Assembly (NCBI GenBank): GCA_050181465.1
Contig: JBFXDD010000002.1
Coordinates: 117,320 to 181,319 of the forward strand
Source of the DNA: Planctomycetota bacterium
GTDB taxonomy: Bacteria > Planctomycetota > UBA1135 > UBA2386
Length of the DNA stretch: 64,000 nucleotides
Direction of reading: 5' to 3'
Below the pieces are notes generated by a model. That model was not told where the DNA came from and made no database searches. It worked only from the letters and a program-made list of their open reading frames with translations. The translations under genes and the position numbers were made by a program. Below, one piece after another: positions 37,160 to 45,168 of this stretch. The number at the start of each line of letters is the position of its first letter. Position 1 is the first letter of the stretch.

Positions 37160-40044
37160 CGCTGGCTGTAGACCGCCTGGAAGAGGTTGTAGATGCGCAT
37201 CCCTTCCGGGCCGTAGGACTTCAACCTTGCGAAGTCGTCGAGAATGGTCTTCGCGGTGTTGTAGATGGTGTTCGCGTAAGCCACGAACTTGCTGTCTTTG
37301 CGCGAGGCGCGCTTCGCCAGCATGAACGCCTCGAGATGGTACTCGTACCACTCGAGCGAGTAGTCCTCGACGCCGCGATTCGGATTGAGCGCGTAGCGCC
37401 GATACTCGACCCAGTAGCGCTCATATGCGGGGATGGGGTCATCCATCCCGAGGATCTCCTGCGTGTTGCCGCGAGCGTCGAACTGGAACCAGCCACCCTG
37501 GGCCAAGCTCAGTAGGCGCTTCACCGGGTAGTTGGGCCGATCCTTGCGAGCTTCGTCGGCCGCCGTCAGGAAGCGCACCGCGTCTTCGAACTTGTCGCCC
37601 TGTCGCATCAGCGCTTCGCCGACTGCAGGCAGAATCCAATTCTCGACGTTGCTCTTCTGCTTTGGATCCTCGCCGAAGACCTCGATTCCGCGGCGACCCA
37701 ACTTCTCGAGCGACTTCCAATCGGAGAGGCTCTTCGCCAGGACGACGCCGGAATAGATCACGTCGAACGCGGGTGACGTCGCCGTGTCGTTGTAATCGAG
37801 CACCATGGCCAGGGCCGCGCGTCGCGCGGTCTGCAGCCTCTGAAGGACGGGTTCGAAGGTCTTGGCATCAGCACCCTTGGCGATGAGCGCCTTCTCCTCT
37901 TCCTCGATGGCCTTCACGTTGTCCCAGTGCGCCTTGAAGATCGCGGTCGAGAGGCCAGGCAGGAGCGAACTCTTCGGGTTCAGGGCCCGCAAGGTTCGGT
38001 AGTTCTCCTCGGCCTTGGCGATGCGGCCTGTCTGAGCCTGCATTCGCGCCATCATGTCGTAGCCGCTCGCGGCGAGTTCCTCCTCGCGCTTGCCGCGCTC
38101 TTCGATGAAGCGATTCAGGTCGGCGATGATCGCGTCGAAGCGGGTTGGATCGGCCGCCTTGCCGGTCGAGCCGGTCGCTTCCAGATAGTCGATGTACGAC
38201 GACCAGAACACGACCTTCGCGACTGCGGACTCGCGGGTGGTCTGCAACTCTCGTGAGTCCAGCTTCGCCGCCGGAGTCTCTATCCACGCCAGGTAGTCCT
38301 TGATCGCGGCACGAGCCTTCGGGATGTCGCCGGCGCGTTGCCAGATCTGCGGCAGCAGAGACTGTGCAGGTTCGTAGAACGGCGTGCCGACCGGGATGCG
38401 CGCGAGAGCGGCGGCCGCCTCGGGGAACTTGGCCTCGGTGATGAGCCGATTGGCTTCCTTGTAGAGACCCTTGGCCTCGCCGCCCGGGCCGCCGTACTCG
38501 GGCACGTAACGATCGAGGATCTGGCCGCCGATCTCGGTGAGAGCCGGAGTCATCTCCTTCGCATCGCGGGTGAACAGATTCCATGCGCGCTCGAGGTCGT
38601 CACAGACGTCCGAGGCACGCTCCTTGTCGTCCTTCCCGTGCAGTTCGAGACCGCGCATAGCCGCGCGGACGGACTCCAGGTAGCGCTTCTGCAAGGCAAA
38701 GGCTCGCGACATGAGCTGCCAGGCTTCCAGGCCGGAGCTTGCCTTCTCTGCGTCGTCCATCGCCGCGTACGCGCGCTTGAGCCCACGAGTCGCTCGCTCG
38801 TACTCCCGCTCTTGGTACGCGCCCTTGGCGACTTCGAAGAGGAGCGCGCCGTTGACCGCGCTGCCGCCTTCCAGGATGTCGCGAAGCGCATTCTTCGCCC
38901 GCACGCCGATGATGTCGCTCGGGTGCTTGCTGTTGACGAGCGCGACTTGCTCCAGCGCCTTCGCGACCAACTCGGGCTTGCCGGACTCGGCCATCGCGCG
39001 AGCTTCGGTCAGGAACACCGGATGTCCGAAACGGGGGTGCGCCACGTCGAACGGATCCGCTCCCTTCTCGCCGTACTTCGTCAGGTCATCGCGGAACTGC
39101 TGGCAGAGGGCCAGGGCTTCGTCGATTCGCCCGAGGTTGAAGAGCGTCTCCGCCGAACGGTCGTAGCACTCTTGCGCGAGGTTGAACATCGACTCGCGGA
39201 TCTCCGCGGGAAGTTCGATCTCCTCCGAGTCGAGGGCGTTGTGGATCGTGGCGAGCGTGTCCTTGTAGTCGCTCACGGCGCTTTCCATGTCGCCGAGCAC
39301 TTCGTTCGACTTCGCCATCTCGAACCAAGCGCGCTGACCGAGCAAGGTTTCTTCGCCGACGTCGAGGATCAGCTCTTCGAAGGTCTCACGCGCGACGTCG
39401 ACCAGCGTCTTTCGATCGGCGGCGTCGGCCACGCGCGCAGCTTCTCGCTGCAGCATGGCCTGGTAGAGCCACGCAACGTAGAAGTCGCGCTGCGCGGACG
39501 AGCCGTCCTCATTGCGCTTGCTGCGCAGCTTTTCTCGCACCTGCTTGGCGGCATCGATTCCGTCGCGGAACACCGAGCCGGCGTTCTCGCGCAGATCCGG
39601 CAGTTTGTCCGGAGCATCTTGCGCCGCGATCTCCAGTTCTTCGATCAGGAACTGGCCGTAGTCGAAGCTCGCCTCGAGCAGGGTTCGCCGAGCTTGGTCG
39701 CCGACCGGTTCGTTGCCGTAGGCAGCAATGAACTCCTTGCTCGACTCGACCGCTTCACGGAACAGCCGTCGCCGTTCCTCCGGGCGCGAATCGACACGCG
39801 CGCCGAGCAGCGAGACGTCGATTCCCAACTGGCGCACGGCCTTGGCCGCATCGGTGTCGCGGTACTCCTTCTGGAGCGCTTCGACTTGGTCCTTGGCCAG
39901 GGAGATGAAACCCAGGTCGGATGCCAGCTTGCGAACGAACTCGAGTTCGCGCTCGATGGCGGGGGAATTCTGGGCGAAGAGTTGCGCGGAACTGGCGACC
40001 ATGAGGCCGCACAGCACCGCAAACGCGGGCCGTGGAGTCGACAT
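37156..40044 (-). CDS. large exported TPR-repeat protein (962 aa)
   Basis: The internal start MSTPRPAFAVLCGLMVASSAQLFAQ is a signal peptide. TPR-like helical hairpins run throughout (e.g. YGQFLIEELEIA, AWLYQAMLQREAAR, EALALCQQFRDD, AEENYRTLRALNPKS). Confidence 0.7.
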   Translation of the reverse strand: MSTPRPAFAVLCGLMVASSAQLFAQNSPAIERELEFVRKLASDLGFISLAKDQVEALQKEYRDTDAAKAVRQLGIDVSLLGARVDSRPEERRRLFREAVESSKEFIAAYGNEPVGDQARRTLLEASFDYGQFLIEELEIAAQDAPDKLPDLRENAGSVFRDGIDAAKQVREKLRSKRNEDGSSAQRDFYVAWLYQAMLQREAARVADAADRKTLVDVARETFEELILDVGEETLLGQRAWFEMAKSNEVLGDMESAVSDYKDTLATIHNALDSEEIELPAEIRESMFNLAQECYDRSAETLFNLGRIDEALALCQQFRDDLTKYGEKGADPFDVAHPRFGHPVFLTEARAMAESGKPELVAKALEQVALVNSKHPSDIIGVRAKNALRDILEGGSAVNGALLFEVAKGAYQEREYERATRGLKRAYAAMDDAEKASSGLEAWQLMSRAFALQKRYLESVRAAMRGLELHGKDDKERASDVCDDLERAWNLFTRDAKEMTPALTEIGGQILDRYVPEYGGPGGEAKGLYKEANRLITEAKFPEAAAALARIPVGTPFYEPAQSLLPQIWQRAGDIPKARAAIKDYLAWIETPAAKLDSRELQTTRESAVAKVVFWSSYIDYLEATGSTGKAADPTRFDAIIADLNRFIEERGKREEELAASGYDMMARMQAQTGRIAKAEENYRTLRALNPKSSLLPGLSTAIFKAHWDNVKAIEEEEKALIAKGADAKTFEPVLQRLQTARRAALAMVLDYNDTATSPAFDVIYSGVVLAKSLSDWKSLEKLGRRGIEVFGEDPKQKSNVENWILPAVGEALMRQGDKFEDAVRFLTAADEARKDRPNYPVKRLLSLAQGGWFQFDARGNTQEILGMDDPIPAYERYWVEYRRYALNPNRGVEDYSLEWYEYHLEAFMLAKRASRKDSKFVAYANTIYNTAKTILDDFARLKSYGPEGMRIYNLFQAVYSQR

Positions 40045-40264
40045 CGGCGACGGATCGGGGTGCGAAGGTTCGCGCGTGGTTGCGCGCGGGCGATGGGACC
40101 GTGGGCGGGTCGGGGGTCTAGACCGCGCCAGTGAGGAACGGCGGAGTATAGACGCAGGTTGAGCCCAATTCACGTTCGAGCATCGACTCTCCAACTGCGA
40201 GGGAGGAGCGATCCCTAGCCGGCCTCGAAGTGGCCGACCGTGTCGACGTGCCCAGAAACGCAGC

Positions 40265-40292
40265 GAGGCCGGCGGGTGACCCCGTCGGCCTC
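40265..40292 (-). terminator. terminator-like hairpin downstream of secretin-2
   Basis: GAGGCCG-N14-CGGCCTC forms the hairpin. On the minus strand it is followed by GCUGCGUUUC. An AGTATA (TATACT on the minus strand) at 40145-40150 could serve as a -10 for the TPR genes. Confidence 0.3.
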
Positions 40293-40364
40293 GTCATGAT
40301 CGACTGCGAAACGGATTCGCGTCGCGCTGCACGTGCACCCGCGGCGAGTACACGCGCAGGGTGG

Positions 40365-43061
40365 TCAGCGCGTGCTCAGTAGCGTGTCCACCGCATCGGG
40401 CAGCACGCCGGGCTCGAACTCCGGCGCCAGGATGATCCGGGCACGGATGAGGATGATGATCTTGCGATTGAGCACGTAGCTGCCCTTACGGCTGAACAGC
40501 AGCGACAGACCCGGCAGATCCTTGAGGATCGGCACGCCGGAGACTTGGTTCTGCCGCTCAGCGAGCTTCATGCCGCCGAGCAGGATCGAGCCGCCGTCCG
40601 GCATCGTCACCGTGGTGCGGACGCTCTGCAGGTTGGTCACCGGCAGCTGGATCGAAACCGGTTGGCCGGCACCCAGCGTCGTGGTGAAGGTCGGGATCGG
40701 AAGCTGCAGGGTCATCACGGTCGGACGGAGCTCCATCGTGATGAAGCGGCGATCCGCGGAAACGACCGGGCGGACATCGAGCACGACACCGTCACGTACC
40801 ACACCGACGACCGGGTTCGCCACGGCAGCCGCCTGCGCGATTTCCACACCGAAGTCGCTGATGTAGGAGGTGGAACGCAGCGCCTGCATGTGCGCGCGGG
40901 TGTTGTTGAACACCAAGAGCCGCGGCGCCACGATCTCCTCGCTGCGCTCCTGCTTCGAGACCGCGCGCAGGATGAGCTGCAACTCGGTGTCGTCGAGGTA
41001 GGCGTACTGGAGGGAGAGGCCGCCGGAGTTGTCGAGGCCGCCTTGACGGCCGCCGAGCGCGCGATCGTAGAGGTGCTCGGTGCGCCCCATGATGTCGCCG
41101 TCGCCACCGTCGTCGAAGAAGACGCCCGGCTCGGTCCCGGAGCCGATTTGGCCGGGCGCCGCCGAGTTGATCTGCTCCGCACGACCAAAGTCGTCGAAGC
41201 GAAGGTTGCTGCGGTTGTTCCGCTCGAGGCCGCGGCCAGCGCGACCTTCCGAGGACTGATCGCCGAGACCGCGGAAGTCGACGCCGATGTCTTCGAGGAA
41301 GGAGTCCTCGACCTTCAGGAAGCGCGCTTCGATGTCGACTTGGATTCCGACCGACTGCCGGAGCTGGCCCAGCAGGCGCTCGATCTGCTCGTGAACTTCT
41401 CGGGTGTTGCGGACGAGCAACACACCGCTCTCGAAGTTGATCGTGTTGCCTTCGGTCCAGCTCTCAGCGGCGATGTTCGACTGGATCAAAGTCGTCAGGG
41501 TGCCGTCGTCGACCACGCTCGGGAGCGGATCTTCTTCATCGAGCCCGAGGCCGCCGTCGTCGGAGCCCGGGACGGTCAGGCGAAGCTGCGGACCGGGCTG
41601 ATTGCGGATGCCCTGCACGATGTCGCGCACTTCGTACTGCTTGAGATAGGCGCGGCCGATCGGTGTGGCGGCCGACACGATCTCGACGACCCCGTCACGC
41701 ACGTGCCACTTGAGGCCGGTCTGTGCCGCGATCACGTTGAGCGCCTTGCTCACCGGCATGTTCGCCAAGTGGAAGTCGGTCAAGGTCGTCGCTTCTTCGC
41801 CCGCCTCGGTTGCGCTCGGGGCGATCACGACGTTCACGTTGGTCGCGTCTTGGTAGTGACGAGCCCAGTCGCGCAAGGTCGCCGAGCTGAAGTGGTGCTC
41901 GATGCTGACCGAGTCGAGGATCTGGCGAACGGCGCGATCCTCGCTGGCTTCCATGGCCTCGGCCGGCGTGAACTCGCGGGGCTTGCGAGTCTCGAGCACG
42001 TAGGACCAGCGTTGCAGGTCGTAGACCACGGTCTCGGTCTGCGGCAGCAGCGAGCGGTTGATCTCGTCGAAGGCCTCGATCCACTGTTCCTTCCAACGCT
42101 GCCGTGCAACGTCGAGCTTGCTCTCGTGATTCGCTCGCGAGGCCAGGTCCAGGAAGGCCGCGACTTCTGCGTTGTTCGGGTCGATGGTGGCCGCTTGTTG
42201 CAGCGCCGATTCCGCGGAGCCGAAGTGGCCGTTCTGGAAGTCTTGGTTGGCCTGCACGAGCAGTCGCGACACGCGCTGTTCGCGCTCGAGTCGGCGGCGC
42301 CGTTCGGCTTCTTCGAGTTCCGCACGCGAGCGAGACTGCTCGTCGGCCAACTCCTTCTGCATCGCCTCGGCGCGACGCTGCTGCGCCATCTCGTACTTGC
42401 GCTGGATCTCCTTCTCGAGGTCCGTGCCCGGCGTCGAGAAGGCGTCGATCTGCAGTTGCCGCAAGGCGGTGTAGTAGTGCTCGATGGCGTCGGCGTAGCG
42501 ACCCAGTTCGAGTTCGGCGTCGGCCTGTTGCGTCAGCTGACGGACGCGGAAGCGAGTGCGCTCCTGCGCGACGCGCGCTTCGAGCACCTTGCTGTCGAAG
42601 GTGCGCGCGACGCGAGCGGTGTCATCCCCGAGGATCTCCTGCACGGAGAGAAGGATGGTTCGTGCCTCCTCGTTGGTCTCGTCGAGTTCGAGCACCTGAG
42701 TCGACTCGCGCAGCGCGTCGGCGTACAGGCGGTACTCGAGCGCACGGCGAGCCCGATCCAGGCCGTCCTGGATCAGCAGTCGGCGGCGTTCCTGACCGAC
42801 CTGTGCCGGCGGATCCTGGGGCTTGTCTTGTTCCCCGGAAGCGACTCCATACGACGCGAGGTCGAGCCGTGCGATCCCAGGCGATGGAGTCAAGGGCCGG
42901 ACTGCCGCGCCACCATTGCCGCCGTGACCGACGGCGCTGCCACCGGCCGTGTTCGGCGCGGTGTCTGGGGTGGCGGGTCCCTGCGTTCCCGAGCAGGCGA
43001 ACAGGAGAGCGGCGGAGGAGAGGGTGAGGCCGCGAAGGACTATCGAACGGACCATCTTCAT
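40365..43061 (-). CDS. secretin-family outer-membrane lipoprotein (secretin-2), paralog of secretin-1
   Basis: A lipobox SAALLFACSG is present, followed by a long coiled-coil/helical N-region. The N0/STN-like module reads VNVVIAPSATEAGEEATTLTDFHLANMPVSKALNVIAAQTGLKWHVRDGVVEIVSA. The secretin C-domain reads ...VTMPDGGSILLGGMKLAERQNQVSGVPILKDLPGLSLLFSRKG... Confidence 0.85.
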   Translation of the reverse strand: MKMVRSIVLRGLTLSSAALLFACSGTQGPATPDTAPNTAGGSAVGHGGNGGAAVRPLTPSPGIARLDLASYGVASGEQDKPQDPPAQVGQERRRLLIQDGLDRARRALEYRLYADALRESTQVLELDETNEEARTILLSVQEILGDDTARVARTFDSKVLEARVAQERTRFRVRQLTQQADAELELGRYADAIEHYYTALRQLQIDAFSTPGTDLEKEIQRKYEMAQQRRAEAMQKELADEQSRSRAELEEAERRRRLEREQRVSRLLVQANQDFQNGHFGSAESALQQAATIDPNNAEVAAFLDLASRANHESKLDVARQRWKEQWIEAFDEINRSLLPQTETVVYDLQRWSYVLETRKPREFTPAEAMEASEDRAVRQILDSVSIEHHFSSATLRDWARHYQDATNVNVVIAPSATEAGEEATTLTDFHLANMPVSKALNVIAAQTGLKWHVRDGVVEIVSAATPIGRAYLKQYEVRDIVQGIRNQPGPQLRLTVPGSDDGGLGLDEEDPLPSVVDDGTLTTLIQSNIAAESWTEGNTINFESGVLLVRNTREVHEQIERLLGQLRQSVGIQVDIEARFLKVEDSFLEDIGVDFRGLGDQSSEGRAGRGLERNNRSNLRFDDFGRAEQINSAAPGQIGSGTEPGVFFDDGGDGDIMGRTEHLYDRALGGRQGGLDNSGGLSLQYAYLDDTELQLILRAVSKQERSEEIVAPRLLVFNNTRAHMQALRSTSYISDFGVEIAQAAAVANPVVGVVRDGVVLDVRPVVSADRRFITMELRPTVMTLQLPIPTFTTTLGAGQPVSIQLPVTNLQSVRTTVTMPDGGSILLGGMKLAERQNQVSGVPILKDLPGLSLLFSRKGSYVLNRKIIILIRARIILAPEFEPGVLPDAVDTLLSTR

Positions 43062-43248
43062 GCGGATTCCAGGGCGGAAACTCGAGACGGCGGGGCGGTG
43101 AGCCGGAGGGGTCTATTGTCGACTTGGGCGAGGGGAGCCCGAGGCGTATTCCGGACGATGGAGCGCGCGGACCGTAGCCACGGGTCCGATCAGGGTCAAG
43201 GCGAAGAGGCGACCGGAGCGCACTTTCCTCGCTCGCTACCGAACGGCG

Positions 43249-44031
43249 TCATGCTCCGGCGTGGCCGACGCGCGGATCGTCCGGGCGGCCGAGCAGTCGG
43301 TTGACTCGCTTGATGTCTTCCCAGGTGTCGCGCTTCGCCGACGGCTGGCGCAGCAGGTATGCCGGGTGCCAAGTGGCGACGACCGGAATCCCGCGCCACT
43401 CCAGGTCCCGCGACCGCAACTGGTTCATGGGCAGCGCGGTGCCGAGGAGATTCTGCGCGGCGACGCGACCCAGGGTCACCAGGACTCTGGGGGCGATCGC
43501 CTGGATCTGCGCGTGGAGGAAGGGCATGCACGCGGCGACTTCGTCCGGCTCCGGGTCGCGGTTGTTGGGCGGGCGGCACTTGTTGACGTTGGCGATGAAC
43601 ACGTCGGATCGCCGCAGCCCCATCGCGTTCTCGATGATCCGCGTCAGCAGCTCACCGGCGGGGCCGACGAAGGGGCGCCCGGTCTCGTCTTCCCGCGCTC
43701 CCGGCGCTTCACCGATGAACATGACCTGCGCGGCCGCGTTGCCTTCGCCGAACACGACCGTCGAGCGCGTCTTGCACAGCTTGCAGCGGCGACATGCCGC
43801 GGCAACGCTGCGTAGTCCTTCCAGGTCGCCCGGAAGCTCGATTGGCGGAGCCGGCATCACCGGTGGGGCGACGGCAACCACGGCTTCGGCCACGCGCATG
43901 GGCGGGGCGGTCGGCCGTTGGGCGTCAGGTGACGGCGCCTTCGCCGGCAACCGGCAGCGGACCGGCAAGTCGCCGCCGTAGGCTTCCGCCGCGCCGCGGA
44001 TCCACAGCAGCAGAGCGGAGCGGAGGCTCAT
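43249..44031 (-). CDS. uracil-DNA glycosylase, family 4 (Fe-S type)
   Basis: The CRRCKLC cysteine motif is present. Motif A reads VMFIGEAPGAREDETGRPFVGPAGELL. The C-terminal HPAYLLR motif is also present. Confidence 0.85.
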   Translation of the reverse strand: MSLRSALLLWIRGAAEAYGGDLPVRCRLPAKAPSPDAQRPTAPPMRVAEAVVAVAPPVMPAPPIELPGDLEGLRSVAAACRRCKLCKTRSTVVFGEGNAAAQVMFIGEAPGAREDETGRPFVGPAGELLTRIIENAMGLRRSDVFIANVNKCRPPNNRDPEPDEVAACMPFLHAQIQAIAPRVLVTLGRVAAQNLLGTALPMNQLRSRDLEWRGIPVVATWHPAYLLRQPSAKRDTWEDIKRVNRLLGRPDDPRVGHAGA

Positions 44032-44056
44032 GGCCTAGGGCTCGCCTCCGCCCGAA

Positions 44057-45064
44057 TCAGAACGACCAGCCCACCGCGGCGATCAGGCGGTGATCCTGTC
44101 GCTCGAGGCCGGGGGCCGGGGTGTTGTCGTAGTCGAGGATCCACTGCAGCTGGGCGAACATGTTGTCGGTCAGCGTCGCGCGGGCGCGAGTGTCGATACG
44201 AGCGTAGAAGTCGTCCATGTCCTCGATGCTCGGGTAGAACTCGGCGTCTTGGAGCACGGTGAGTGTCGCCGTCGGCTGCCATCGCGCCCGATAGGCGAGC
44301 CGGACGGCCACGGTGTCGCTGTCCGGCCCGACATTGCGATTCTCCTCCACGTAGGTCAGACCCGCTTCGCCTTGCAGCGAGAAGTCCGCGTCGTCATAGA
44401 ACTGGTGACCGAGACCGCCACCGGCGATGAGACGAAGACTCAGATCGGACAGCTTGTCGTTCTCGGCGGTCACCTGCGCCCAGGCGTAGGTCTTCTTGCT
44501 GAAGAACCAGTCGTACTTCGCGGCGCCGAAGGTTCGCCGCTGCGTGGTCACCCAAGCGCCGCTGGACTTGTCTTGACCGTAGTCGAAGGTGCCGCGCAGG
44601 GTGAGGCGGTCATCGTCGGTGCGGCGAATCGCTTCGGCCGCCGCGTTTGCAGTCCGCCGCTCCGTGTTGCCGGTCGTGATCGAACCGCCGAGCGAGAACG
44701 ATCCGGTCCACTGCGTCGGGGGCGTCCAAGCGACCAGGTCGGCTGCGGTCAGGCTTCGGGGGCCGCTCGGGCCCTGAACCTGAAGCTGACCGTTGCTCAG
44801 GCCGGTGACGGTCGCCTCGAGCTTGTCGCCGGCCGAAGTGGCCAGCTTCAGCGGACCCGTCACGTTGAGCCCGGCGATCTCTTCGAGCTTCAGAGTGACG
44901 GTCCCGGCGGCCGGCGAATCGACGACGACGCCGCCCGACGTGATCGATTGCACCTTGCCGGAGATGCGATCGCCGTTGTTCAAGGTGACGGAATCCTGCG
45001 CCTGTGCGAACGAGATCGTCGCGCCCACGGCGGCAAGCGAAAGAAGAAAGGAAGCGAGCTTCAT
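44057..45064 (-). CDS. DUF481-like outer-membrane beta-barrel protein
   Basis: A signal peptide MKLASFLLSLAAVGATISFAQAQ is present. Alternating beta-strand pattern and YDWFFSKKTYAWAQVTAENDKLSDLSLRLIAGGGLGHQF are visible, and the protein has a terminal aromatic residue (...AAVGWSF). Confidence 0.7.
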   Translation of the reverse strand: MKLASFLLSLAAVGATISFAQAQDSVTLNNGDRISGKVQSITSGGVVVDSPAAGTVTLKLEEIAGLNVTGPLKLATSAGDKLEATVTGLSNGQLQVQGPSGPRSLTAADLVAWTPPTQWTGSFSLGGSITTGNTERRTANAAAEAIRRTDDDRLTLRGTFDYGQDKSSGAWVTTQRRTFGAAKYDWFFSKKTYAWAQVTAENDKLSDLSLRLIAGGGLGHQFYDDADFSLQGEAGLTYVEENRNVGPDSDTVAVRLAYRARWQPTATLTVLQDAEFYPSIEDMDDFYARIDTRARATLTDNMFAQLQWILDYDNTPAPGLERQDHRLIAAVGWSF

Positions 45065-45168
45065 GTGGATCGTTGGATTAGCGCCGGGCGACTTCGCCGG
45101 CCCGACGCGCTAAGAACGGCCGTCTAGCACAATCCAGCCATCCGACGCAGTCAACCAAAACCCCGGTG

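Noticed and set aside
33738-40044. Searched the ExbB/ExbD/TPR genes for a TonB or TolA (Pro/Glu/Lys-rich spacer + TonB_C) and for Pal/TolB.
   Set aside because: None was found. The two large proteins are TPR-only, so I could call neither a classical Ton system nor a Tol-Pal system. An ordinary Tol-like role for the CpoB-like TPR protein remains an alternative explanation.
40296-40345. The segment ACGGATTCGCGTCGCGCTGCACG, which resembles the terminal arm of the ~180-bp repeat.
   Set aside because: Similarity is limited to about 9 nt (GGATTCGCG). No matching second arm or internal blocks are present, so it is probably chance in GC-rich DNA.
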